From Macrostomum lignano (Eukaryota): a stretch of DNA of 64,000 nt. Below the pieces are notes generated by a model. It made no database searches and had not been told where the DNA came from. It worked only from the letters and a program-made list of their open reading frames with translations. Of this stretch, positions 22,801-35,900 are shown one piece after another. Each line of letters starts with the position of its first letter. The first letter of the stretch is position 1. A program made the position numbers and the translations under genes. Where the stretch lies: contig NIVC01000215.1 of assembly GCA_002269645.1 (NCBI GenBank), forward strand, positions 620,001 through 684,000, in the 5' to 3' direction.

Positions 22801-24655
22801 TCTCCCTTCGCACCCTCTCCCTCTCTCTTCTCTCCCTCTCTCTTCTTACACCCTTTCTTCTCTCCCTCCCTATTCTCTACCTCCCTATTCTCTCCCTCTC
22901 ACTTCTCTCCCTCTCTTCTCTCCCTCTCTTCTCTCCCTCCCTCTTCTCTCCTCTCTTCTCTCCCTCTCTCTCCTCTCCCTTCTCTTCTCTCCCTCTCCTA
23001 TCTCTTAATTTCCTCGATCTCAATCTCCCTCTCGCCTCCATTCTCCCCATCCGCCCCTCTTTATTCTCACTGTTGTACTCCAAGTTAACATTGAACTGTA
23101 TTTTCATTTAATATGTCTACTATTAGTAGACAGAGTCTAAATTCTGATCAATCTTTTTATCCTGAGCGTATTAGAATTAAAAAACAGCACAAATATATTT
23201 TAACAAAACGTCACTCACCAGGTGCATCATTTCGACGACGGCAATGTGCAGTTGCTGTCCACCAAATCTCTGGAGCTGGCCTGCCCTGGCGGTCGGGAGG
23301 CCGGCTTTGCTGCCGACGTTGCTAGGAAGATTCAGGAGGCCGAGACAGCCTATCAGGTTGGCGATCTGCTTTTTGGGAAGTGGGAAGGTTGTCTCTTATT
23401 AGGATTTGGGGAACATTGTCTCTTATTGGGATTTGGGAATATTGTCTTATTGAGATTAGGGAATATTGTCTTATTGGGATTTGAGGAAGATTGTCTCTTA
23501 TTGGGATTTGGGAAGATTGTCTCTTATTGGGATTTGGGAAGATTGTCTCTTATTGGGATTTGGGAAGATTGTCTTATTGGTATTTGGGGAACATTGTCTT
23601 ATTGAGATTTAGGAAGATTGTCTTATCGGGATTTGGGGAGGATTGTCTCTTATTAAGATTTGGGGAAGATTGTCTCTTATTGGGATTCGGGAAGATTGTC
23701 TCATATTGGGATTTGGGAGGATTGTCTCTTAATGGGATGTGGGGAAGATTGTCTTATTGGGATTCGGGGAAGATTGTCTTAATCGGGATTTGGGAAGATT
23801 GTCTCTTATCGGGATTTGGGAAGATTGTCTCTTATTAGGATTTGGGAAGATTGCCTCTTATTGGGATTTGGGAATATTGTCTCTTATTGGGATTTGGGAA
23901 GATTGCCTCTTATTGGGATTTGGGAAGATTGTCTCTTATTGGGATTTGGGAAGATTGCCTCTTATTGGGATTTGGGAATATTGTCTCTTATTAGGATTTG
24001 GGAAGATTGCCTGTTATTGGGATTTGGGAAGATTGTCTCTTATTGGGATTTGGGAAGATTGTCTCTTATTGGGATTTGGGAAGATTGTCTCATATTGGGA
24101 TTTGGGAAGATTGTCTCATCTTTGGATTTGGGGAATATTATTCAAGATTGTTAGTTCCAAATATGGCATGTACTTGAATGTCTGGCATGACACAGCTACC
24201 AATAACACAATATGAATCATAGCATCCCGGGCATCCCAACAACTGCGCGAGTGCATGCTTGGTTATTTATAAAAGTGCAAGGCAGTGCAAAGTCAGTTTA
24301 GCTAGTTTATCAGTGCGTTGTACAGAAGCTCCCGCATTTACTTTTTACTAGCTAGGGTATGGATGGGGGCCGCGCAAAAAGATTCAGCAAGAAGCGCTTG
24401 GGGTTTTTGGGAGTGATTTCTGCTTGTATGGCGGTTCTTTGCCCGTTAATTATTGGCACACTTATGCCAGCTCTGCCCCTTCCCTTCTGCGGTTCTGTAT
24501 CATTCAGTTTGCCTCGGCTATTTCGACTCGTGTTATTGTTATTACTATTGACTGAGCCGCTTCCAAGTTGCTTTGAAGCTGCTTTTTACGTACGATTGTA
24601 GCTTTTATGCTTCTTGGTTGATAGATAGATACAGAGTTACTAAACAGACACAGAC

Positions 24656-24710
<55 letters not shown>

Positions 24711-24751
24711 GGCAGGCAGGCAGACAGAGACAGACAGACAGACAGACAGTC

Positions 24752-24804
<53 letters not shown>

Positions 24805-24807
24805 GTC

Positions 24808-24868
<61 letters not shown>

Positions 24869-24883
24869 GTCAGACAGACAGGC

Positions 24884-24922
<39 letters not shown>

Positions 24923-24937
24923 GACAGACAGACAGAC

Positions 24938-24976
<39 letters not shown>

Positions 24977-25167
24977 GTAGCAGCAGCAGCCCCCTCCCTC
25001 CCCCGCCACCGCAGGAGGGCCTGAAGGGCGTGTTCTTCAACATGAGCGGCCACGTCAAAGGCTTCCGCCGTCCCCTGCCCGTGTTCGGCGAGAAAATCCC
25101 CTGGGAGCGGCTGACGTCTTTGAAGATTGGGGAATCGCTTCAGCACCTGCAGGACGAAAACAATTGA
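19867..25167 (+). CDS. CAPZA: F-actin capping protein alpha subunit, divergent (6 coding exons, ~295 aa)
   Basis: Exons 19867-19896, 21244-21307, 21395-21618, 22401-22682, 23222-23356, 25015-25167, phase-consistent. Motifs [75 protein letters not shown]. Confidence 0.92.
21640..22360. repeat. Intronic minisatellite, 24-bp unit catggaatctgtagtccctgaag(t/g)
   Basis: About 30 copies filling CAPZA intron 3. Confidence 0.95.
22750..23060. repeat. CT-rich low-complexity tract in CAPZA intron 4
   Basis: Runs of ctc/ctct/ctccct. Confidence 0.85.
23385..24130. repeat. Intronic minisatellite, 26-bp unit attgtctcttattgggatttgggaag
   Basis: Tandem copies in CAPZA intron 5. Confidence 0.9.
24645..24977. 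repeat. (GACA)n microsatellite
   Basis: Seen directly, just upstream of the last CAPZA exon. Confidence 0.95.
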
Positions 25168-25727
25168 TTGAGGAGAATGCGATCAATATCTGCTGAGCTC
25201 GTTAATAATATTTAATAAACTGTTCTAAATGTAACCGAGAATTATTATTGATTTTATTGCGGCAAATCCCTGCCTCTTATCCTGCAGGATGACGGGTTTA
25301 ACAATAAATTCCGAATTTTATTTCGACTTGTTGCCTGTTACAATAAATAGTGTATATATTATAAATTTATAACTGTTACTACTGTTGCTAATTAGCTATC
25401 CGTTATCGGTGATTAACGCTAAGTATGAGTTTTACGGAATTTCAGCGATTTGGCATTCCGGTAAACTTGCTTATTTTCAATCTTATTATTATCATTCTTC
25501 CTGTCGGGTGGTTTGTCTGTTTAAATAGTTGATAATTTTGTTTTCATAAATTGTCTACTCTACAATATTGACTTCTGATTTAAGTAAGAGTACGATGCGC
25601 TTTATTTAATAGAAAAAATATTCTGTAACTGCCAGGTTTTATAATCGTTTGGCGATGAGAAGTAAAAAGCTAAAAAATCGACATTAAAATCGATTTTTCT
25701 ATGCAGAGTTTCAGGATAGTGAGTTTG

Positions 25728-26105
25728 TGGTGCTCTAATATCTCCGACACCTCATATCGCCGACACTTCATATCGCCGACACTTCATATCTCCGACACTT
25801 CGTATCTCCGACACTTCATAGCTCCGACACTTCATATCTCCGACACCTCATATCGCCGACACTTCATATCTCCGACACTTCATAGCTCCGACACTTCATA
25901 TCTCCGACACTTCGTATCCCCGACACTTCATAGCTCCGACACTTCATATCTCCGACACCTCATATCTCCGACACTTCATATCTCCGACACTTCGTATCCC
26001 CGACACTTCATAGCTCCGACACCTCATATCTCCGACACTTCGTATCCCCGACACTTCATAGCTCCGACACTTCATATCTTCGACAAGCGTAACCCTAACC
26101 ATAAC
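25728..26105. repeat. 16-bp minisatellite ctccgacacttcatat, possibly one arm of a foldback-type transposon
   Basis: About 22 copies starting ggtgctctaatatctccgacac and followed by taaccctaacc. No opposite arm seen. Confidence 0.75.
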
Positions 26106-26959
26106 GGGTAAACGGCAGGTATTGAGTGTCTGTGGGATATGCAGTCCGTTGATAGGTGCTATTTTAAAGCACTTATTCAGGTTCACAATTGCAGCACCTA
26201 TCTCTCCTGTAGCCTAAAGGTGACGATGCACCTCAGTGGAGATCGGAATGCATCGAAATATTGACTTTAATGTTGACTATTAACGTAACATTTGTCTTAA
26301 TTTTTAGAACAGTGAAAAAATCTAATTACATAAATGTCTATTCAAGTAGATTGTGTTTTTTCTTTCGAATGTTAATTATCGTATAATATTATATAGTTCA
26401 GAGTTTCGAGTTTATCTGAAATATATGTTTATTTATTTACACAGTAATTTGATAGCACATACAGTATGCTTTAATTACATCTATGCCCCACTCTCTGCTC
26501 TATTGTGTGTACTGCAGTACGTCTGTACACCATTTTGTCTCAAATTTAACAATTGATTGATTATTGGAAAAAATATACAAATTTTTAAATATATATTTAA
26601 TACTTGCGAACACTATTAACAATAGCGTAATAAAAACTGTAGTGCAGTATGCATTGTGTGCTTTCTTTGTTAAAATCCTTTCTTGCTATTTTTATATACC
26701 TAGACACCTGCCATTGGTTGCTTTAAGGCTTTGCATAGGTATAGGCTGTGTGACCAGCTAATTGTAGATAGAAACCACTTCTGCTAGTGTAAGAAGTGAC
26801 CCGTTTCAATTTCAGTTCCTTACACCAAAAGACATTGTACTTTTTATTGTACTATCTGGATTTTTTATAATTACCTATTAGTCGATAAGTAAGGTTTCTA
26901 CTAAGAGATTTCAATTTTTCAGTGACGTTTTGAAGTTACTTCAATGTCTTTCACCATAC

Positions 26960-29900
26960 ACACTTCAAGGTGCTCCACCAAACTCCTCAAGATGCTCCAC
27001 CACAGACTCTTCAAGGTGCTCAACCACAGACTATTCAAGGTGCTCCACCGCAGACTCTTCAAGGTGCTCCACCACAGACTCTTCAAGGTGCTCCACCGCA
27101 GACTCTTCAAGGTGCTCCACCACAGACTCTTCAAGGTGCTCAACCACAGACTATTCAAGGTGCTCCACCGCAGACTCTTCAAGGTGCTCCACCACAGACT
27201 CTTCAAGGTGCTCCACCGCAGACTCTTCAAGGTGCTCCACCACAGACTCTTCAAGGTGCTCCACCGCAGACTCTTCAAGGTGCTCCACCGCAGACTCTTC
27301 AAGGTGCTCCACCGCAGACTCTTCAAGGTGCTCCACCACAGACTCTTCAAGGTGCTCCACCACAGACTCTTCAAGGTGCTCCACCACAGACTCTTCAAGG
27401 TGCTCCACCAGACTCTTCAAGGTGCTCCACCAGACTCTTCAAGGTGCTCCACCAGACTCTTCAAGGTGCTCCACCACAGACTCTTCAAGGTGCTCCACCA
27501 GACTCTTCAAGGTGCTCCACCAGACTCTTCAAGGTGCTCCACCAGACTCTTCAAGGTGCTCCACCAGACTCTTCAAGGTGCTCCACCACAGACTCTTCAA
27601 GGTGCTCCACCAGACTCTTCAAGGTGCTCCACCAGACTCTTCAAGGTGCTCCACCAGACTCTTCAAGGTGCTCCACCAGACTCTTCAAGGTGCTCCACCA
27701 CAGACTCTTCAAGGTGCTCCACCAGACTCTTCAAGGTGCTCCACCAGACTCTTCAAGGTGCTCCACCAGACTCTTCAAGGTGCTCCACCACAGACTCTTC
27801 AAGGTGCTCCACCACAGACTCTTCAAGGTGCTCCACCACAGACTCTTCAAGGTGCTCCACCACAGACTCTTCAAGGTGCTCCACCACAGACTCTTCAAGG
27901 TGCTCCACCTCAGACTCTTCAAGGTGCTCCACCGCAGACTCTTCAAGGTGCTCCACCGCAGACTCTTCAAGGTGCTCCACCACAGACTCTTCAAGGTGCT
28001 CCACCAGACTCTTCAAGGTGCTCCACCAGACTCTTCAAGGTGCTCCACCACAGACTCTTCAAGGTGCTCCACCACAGACTCTTCAAGGTGCTCCACCACA
28101 GACTCTTCAAGGTGCTCCACCACAGACTCTTCAAGGTGCTCCACCACAGACTCTTCAAGGTGCTCCACCTCAGACTCTTCAAGGTGCTCCACCGCAGACT
28201 CTTCAAGGTGCTCCACCGCAGACTCTTCAAGGTGCTCCACCACAGACTCTTCAAGGTGCTCCACCACAGACTCTTCAAGGTGCTCCACCAGACTCTTCAA
28301 GGTGCTCCACCAGACTCTTCAAGGTGCTCCACCAGACTCTTCAAGGTGCTCCACCACAGACTCTTCAAGGTGCTCCACCACAGACTCTTCAAGGTGCTCC
28401 ACCAGACTCTTCAAGGTGCTCCACCAGACTCTTCAAGGTGCTCCACCACAGACTCTTCAAGGTGCTCCACCACAGACTCTTCAAGGTGCTCCACCAGACT
28501 CTTCAAGGTGCTCCACCACAGACACTTCAAGGTGCTCCACCAGACTCTTCAAGGTGCTCCACCACAGACACTTCAAGGTGCTCCACCAGACTCTTCAAGG
28601 TGCTCCACCACAGACTCTTCAAGGTGCTCCACCACAGACACTTCAAGGTGCTCCACCAGACTCTTCAAGGTGCTCCACCACAGACACTTCAAGGTGCTCC
28701 ACCAGACTCTTCAAGGTGCTCCACCAGACTCTTCAAGGTGCTCCACCGCAGACTCTTCAAGGTGCTCCACCAGACTCTTCAAGGTGCTCCACCACAGACT
28801 CTTCAAGGTGCTCCACCACAGACACTTCAAGGTGCTCCACCAGACTCTTCAGGGTGCTCCACCACAGACTCTTCAAGGTGCTCCACCACAGACACTTCAA
28901 GGTGCTCCACCAGACTCTTCAAGGTGCTCCACCACAGACACTTCAAGGTGCTCCACCAGACTCTTCAAGGTGCTCCACCACAGACACTTCAAGGTGCTCC
29001 ACCAGACTCTTCAAGGTGCTCCACCACAGACTCTTCAAGGTGCTCCACCACAGACTCTTCAAGGTGCTCCACCGCAGACTCTTCAAGGTGCTCCACCAGA
29101 CTCTTCAAGGTGCTCCACCACAGACTCTTCAAGGTGCTCCACCAGACTCTTCAAGGTGCTCCACCACAGACTCTTCAAGGTGCTCCACCACAGACTCTTC
29201 AAGGTGCTTCACCACAGACACTTCAAGGTGCTTCACCACAGACTCTTCAAGGTGCTCCACCACAGACTCTTCAAGGTGCTCCACCACAGACTCTTCAAGG
29301 TGCTCCACCACAGACTCTTCAAGGTGCTCCACCAGACTCTTCAAGGTGCTCCACCACAGACTCTTCAAGGTGCTCCACCACAGACTCTTCAAGGTGCTCC
29401 ACCACAGACTCTTCAAGGTGCTCCACCACAGACTCTTCAAGGTGCTCCACCACAGACTCTTCAAGGTGCTCCACCGCAGACTCTTCAAGGTGCTCCACCA
29501 CAGACTCTTCAAGGTGCTCCACCAGACTCTTCAAGGTGCTCCACCACAGACTCTTCAAGGTGCTCCACCAGACTCTTCAAGGTGCTCCACCACAGACTCT
29601 TCAAGGTGCTCCACCAGACTCTTCAAGGTGCTCCACCACAGACTCTTCAAGGTGCTCCACCAGACTCTTCAAGGTGCTCCACCACAGACTCTTCAAGGTG
29701 CTCCACCAGACTCTTCAAGGTGCTCCACCACAGACTCTTCAAGGTGCTCCACCAGACTCTTCAAGGTGCTCCACCGCAGACTCTTCAAGGCTCCACCACA
29801 GACTCTTCAAGGTGCTCCACCACAGACTCTTCAAGGTGCTCCACCAGACTCTTCAAGGTGCTCCACCACAGACTCTTCAAGGTGCTCCACCAGACTCTTC

Positions 29901-32900
29901 AAGGTGCTCCACCACAGACTCTTCAAGGTGCTCCACCAGACTCTTCAAGGTGCTCCACCACAGACTCTTCAAGGTGCTCCACCAGACTCTTCAAGGTGCT
30001 CCACCACAGACTCTTCAAGGTGCTCCACCAGACTCTTCAAGGTGCTCCACCACAGACTCTTCAAGGTGCTCCACCAGACTCTTCAAGGTGCTCCACCACA
30101 GACTCTTCAAGGTGCTCCACCAGACTCTTCAAGGTGCTCCACCACAGACTCTTCAAGGTGCTCCACCAGACTCTTCAAGGTGCTCCACCACAGACTCTTC
30201 AAGGTGCTCCACCAGACTCTTCAAGGTGCTCCACCACAGACTCTTCAAGGTGCTCCACCAGACTCTTCAAGGTGCTCCACCACAGACTCTTCAAGGTGCT
30301 CCACCACAGACTCTTCAAGGTGCTCCACCACAGACTCTTCAAGGTGCTCCACCACAGACTCTTCAAGGTGCTCCACCACAGACTCTTCAAGGTGCTCCAC
30401 CACAGACTCTTCAAGGCGCTCCACCAGACTCTTCAAGGTGCTCACCACAGACTCTTCAAGGTGCTCACCACAGACTCTTCAAGGTGCTCCACCACAGACT
30501 CTTCAAGGTGCTCCACCAGACTCTTCAAGGTGCTCCACCACAGACTCTTCAAGGTGCTCCACCAGACTCTTCAAGGTGCTCCACCACAGACTCTTCAAGG
30601 TGCTCCACCAGACTCTTCAAGGTGCTCCACCACAGACTCTTCAAGGTGCTCCACCAGACTCTTCAAGGTGCTCCACCACAGACTCTTCAAGGTGCTCCAC
30701 CACAGACTCTTCAAGGTGCTCCACCACAGACTCTTCAAGGTGCTCCACCACAGACTCTTCAAGGTGCTCCACCACAGACTCTTCAAGGTGCTCCACCACA
30801 GACTCTTCAAGGTGCTCCACCAGACTCTTCAAGGTGCTCCACCAGACTCTTCAAGGTGCTCCACCAGACTCTTCAAGGTGCTCCACCACAGACTCTTCAA
30901 GGTGCTCCACCAGACTCTTCAAGGTGCTCCACCAGACTCTTCAAGGTGCTCCACCAGACTCTTCAAGGTGCTCCACCAGACTCTTCAAGGTGCTCCACCA
31001 CAGACTCTTCAAGGTGCTCCACCAGACTCTTCAAGGTGCTCCACCAGACTCTTCAAGGTGCTCCACCAGACTCTTCAAGGTGCTCCACCAGACTCTTCAA
31101 GGTGCTCCACCACAGACTCTTCAAGGTGCTCCACCAGACTCTTCAAGGTGCTCCACCAGACTCTTCAAGGTGCTCCACCAGACTCTTCAAGGTGCTCCAC
31201 CACAGACTCTTCAAGGTGCTCCACCACAGACTCTTCAAGGTGCTCCACCACAGACTCTTCAAGGTGCTCCACCACAGACTCTTCAAGGTGCTCCACCACA
31301 GACTCTTCAAGGTGCTCCACCTCAGACTCTTCAAGGTGCTCCACCACAGACTCTTCAAGGTGCTCCACCGCAGACTCTTCAAGGTGCTCCACCACAGACT
31401 CTTCAAGGTGCTCCACCAGACTCTTCAAGGTGCTCCACCAGACTCTTCAAGGTGCTCCACCACAGACTCTTCAAGGTGCTCCACCACAGACTCTTCAAGG
31501 TGCTCCACCACAGACTCTTCAAGGTGCTCCACCACAGACTCTTCAAGGTGCTCCACCACAGACTCTTCAAGGTGCTCCACCCAGACTCTTCAAGGTGCTC
31601 CACCACAGACTCTTCAAGGTGCTCCACCGCAGACTCTTCAAGGTGCTCCACCACAGACTCTTCAAGGTGCTCCACCACAGACTCTTCAAGGTGCTCCACC
31701 AGACTCTTCAAGGTGCTCCACCAGACTCTTCAAGGTGCTCCACCAGACTCTTCAAGGTGCTCCACCACAGACTCTTCAAGGTGCTCCACCACAGACTCTT
31801 CAAGGTGCTCCACCAGACTCTTCAAGGTGCTCCACCAGACTCTTCAAGGTGCTCCACCACAGACTCTTCAAGGTGCTCCACCACAGACTCTTCAAGGTGC
31901 TCCACCAGACTCTTCAAGGTGCTCCACCACAGACACTTCAAGGTGCTCCACCAGACTCTTCAAGGTGCTCCACCACAGACACTTCAAGGTGCTCCACCAG
32001 ACTCTTCAAGGTGCTCCACCACAGACTCTTCAAGGTGCTCCACCACAGACTCTTCAAGGTGCTCCACCAGACTCTTCAAGGTGCTCCACCACAGACTCTT
32101 CAAGGTGCTCCACCAGACTCTTCAAGGTGCTCCACCAGACTCTTCAAGGTGCTCCACCACAGACTCTTCAAGGTGCTCCACCAGACTCTTCAAGGTGCTC
32201 CACCACAGACTCTTCAAGGTGCTCCACCACAGACTCTTCAAGGTGCTCCACCAGACTCTTCAAGGTGCTCCACCACAGACTCTTCAAGGTGCTCCACCAC
32301 AGACTCTTCAAGGTGCTCCACCAGACTCTTCAAGGTGCTCCACCACAGACTCTTCAAGGTGCTCCACCAGACTCTTCAAGGTGCTCCACCACAGACTCTT
32401 CAAGGTGCTCCACCAGACTCTTCAAGGTGCTCCACCACAGACTCTTCAAGGTGCTCCACCACAGACTCTTCAAGGTGCTCCACCACAGACTCTTCAAGGT
32501 GCTCCACCAGACTCTTCAAGGTGCTCCACCACAGACTCTTCAAGGTGCTCCACCAGACTCTTCAAGGTGCTCCACCACAGACTCTTCAAGGTGCTCCACC
32601 ACAGACTCTTCAAGGTGCTCCACCACAGACTCTTCAAGGTGCTCCACCACAGACTCTTCAAGGTGCTCCACCACAGACTCTTCAAGGTGCTCCACCACAG
32701 ACTCTTCAAGGTGCTCCACCACAGACTCTTCAAGGTGCTCCACCAGACTCTTCAAGGTGCTCCACCACAGACTCTTCAAGGTGCTCCACCACAGACTCTT
32801 CAAGGTGCTCCACCACAGACTCTTCAAGGTGCTCCACCACAGACTCTTCAAGGTGCTCCACCACAGACTCTTCAAGGTGCTCCACCAGACTCTTCAAGGT

Positions 32901-35900
32901 GCTCCACCACAGACTCTTCAAGGTGCTCCACCAGACTCTTCAAGGTGCTCCACCACAGACTCTTCAAGGTGCTCCACCAGACTCTTCAAGGTGCTCCACC
33001 ACAGACTCTTCAAGGTGCTCCACCAGACTCTTCAAGGTGCTCCACCACAGACTCTTCAAGGTGCTCCACCAGACTCTTCAAGGTGCTCCACCACAGACTC
33101 TTCAAGGTGCTCCACCAGACTCTTCAAGGTGCTCCACCACAGACTCTTCAAGGTGCTCCACCAGACTCTTCAAGGTGCTCCACCACAGACTCTTCAAGGT
33201 GCTCCACCAGACTCTTCAAGGTGCTCCACCACAGACTCTTCAAGGTGCTCCACCAGACTCTTCAAGGTGCTCCACCACAGACTCTTCAAGGTGCTCCACC
33301 AGACTCTTCAAGGTGCTCCACCACAGACTCTTCAAGGTGCTCCACCAGACTCTTCAAGGTGCTCCACCACAGACTCTTCAAGGTGCTCCACCAGACTCTT
33401 CAAGGTGCTCCACCACAGACTCTTCAAGGTGCTCCACCAGACTCTTCAAGGTGCTCCACCACAGACTCTTCAAGGTGCTCCACCAGACTCTTCAAGGTGC
33501 TCCACCACAGACTCTTCAAGGTGCTCCACCAGACTCTTCAAGGTGCTCCACCACAGACTCTTCAAGGTGCTCCACCAGACTCTTCAAGGTGCTCCACCAC
33601 AGACTCTTCAAGGTGCTCCACCAGACTCTTCAAGGTGCTCCACCACAGACTCTTCAAGGTGCTCCACCACAGACTCTTCAAGGTGCTCCACCACAGACTC
33701 TTCAAGGTGCTCCACCACAGACTCTTCAAGGTGCTCCACCACAGACTCTTCAAGGTGCTCCACCACAGACTCTTCAAGGTGCTCCACCACAGACTCTTCA
33801 AGGTGCTCCACCACAGACTCTTCAAGGTGCTCCACCAGACTCTTCAAGGTGCTCCACCACAGACTCTTCAAGGTGCTCCACCACAGACTCTTCAAGGTGC
33901 TCCACCACAGACTCTTCAAGGTGCTCCACCAGACTCTTCAAGGTGCTCCACCACAGACTCTTCAAGGTGCTCCACCAGACTCTTCAAGGTGCTCCACCAC
34001 AGACTCTTCAAGGTGCTCCACCAGACTCTTCAAGGTGCTCCACCACAGACTCTTCAAGGTGCTCCACCAGACTCTTCAAGGTGCTCCACCACAGACTCTT
34101 CAAGGTGCTCCACCACAGACTCTTCAAGGTGCTCCACCACAGACTCTTCAAGGTGCTCCACCACAGACTCTTCAAGGTGCTCCACCACAGACTCTTCAAG
34201 GTGCTCCACCACAGACTCTTCAAGGTGCTCCACCAGACTCTTCAAGGTGCTCCACCACAGACTCTTCAAGGTGCTCCACCAGACTCTTCAAGGTGCTCCA
34301 CCACAGACTCTTCAAGGTGCTCCACCAGACTCTTCAAGGTGCTCCACCACAGACTCTTCAAGGTGCTCCACCAGACTCTTCAAGGTGCTCCACCACAGAC
34401 TCTTCAAGGTGCTCCACCAGACTCTTCAAGGTGCTCCACCACAGACTCTTCAAGGTGCTCCACCAGACTCTTCAAGGTGCTCCACCACAGACTCTTCAAG
34501 GTGCTCCACCACAGACTCTTCAAGGTGCTCCACCACAGACTCTTCAAGGTGCTCCACCAGACTCTTCAAGGTGCTCCACCACAGACTCTTCAAGGTGCTC
34601 CACCAGACTCTTCAAGGTGCTCCACCACAGACTCTTCAAGGTGCTCCACCAGACTCTTCAAGGTGCTCCACCACAGACTCTTCAAGGTGCTCCACCAGAC
34701 TCTTCAAGGTGCTCCACCACAGACTCTTCAAGGTGCTCCACCAGACTCTTCAAGGTGCTCCACCACAGACTCTTCAAGGTGCTCCACCAGACTCTTCAAG
34801 GTGCTCCACCACAGACTCTTCAAGGTGCTCCACCAGACTCTTCAAGGTGCTCCACCACAGACTCTTCAAGGTGCTCCACCAGACTCTTCAAGGTGCTCCA
34901 CCACAGACTCTTCAAGGTGCTCCACCAGACTCTTCAAGGTGCTCCACCACAGACTCTTCAAGGTGCTCCACCACAGACTCTTCAAGGTGCTCCACCACAG
35001 ACTCTTCAAGGTGCTCCACCACAGACTCTTCAAGGTGCTCCACCACAGACTCTTCAAGGTGCTCCACCAGACTCTTCAAGGTGCTCCACCACAGACTCTT
35101 CAAGGTGCTCCACCAGACTCTTCAAGGTGCTCCACCACAGACTCTTCAAGGTGCTCCACCACAGACTCTTCAAGGTGCTCCACCACAGACTCTTCAAGGT
35201 GCTCCACCACAGACTCTTCAAGGTGCTCCACCACAGACTCTTCAAGGTGCTCCACCACAGACTCTTCAAGGTGCTCCACCAGACTCTTCAAGGTGCTCCA
35301 CCACAGACTCTTCAAGGTGCTCCACCACAGACTCTTCAAGGTGCTCCACCACAGACTCTTCAAGGTGCTCCACCACAGACTCTTCAAGGTGCTCCACCAC
35401 AGACTCTTCAAGGTGCTCCACCACAGACTCTTCAAGGTGCTCCACCACAGACTCTTCAAGGTGCTCCACCACAGACTCTTCAAGGTGCTCCACCACAGAC
35501 TCTTCAAGGTGCTCCACCACAGACTCTTCAAGGTGCTCCACCACAGACTCTTCAAGGTGCTCCACCACAGACTCTTCAAGGTGCTCCACCAGACTCTTCA
35601 AGGTGCTCCACCACAGACTCTTCAAGGTGCTCCACCAGACTCTTCAAGGTGCTCCACCACAGACTCTTCAAGGTGCTCCACCAGACTCTTCAAGGTGCTC
35701 CACCACAGACTCTTCAAGGTGCTCCACCACAGACTCTTCAAGGTGCTCCACCACAGACTCTTCAAGGTGCTCCACCACAGACTCTTCAAGGTGCTCCACC
35801 ACAGACTCTTCAAGGTGCTCCACCACAGACTCTTCAAGGTGCTCCACCACAGACTCTTCAAGGTGCTCCACCACAGACTCTTCAAGGTGCTCCACCAGAC

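Noticed and set aside
24359-24601. Short ORFs on both strands in CAPZA intron 5 as another nested gene
   Set aside because: No recognisable motifs and no partner exons were found.
26150-26205. Hairpin gataggtgct...agcacctatc as a pre-miRNA
   Set aside because: The stem is only about 10 bp with a competing internal fold, and there is no recognisable mature sequence.
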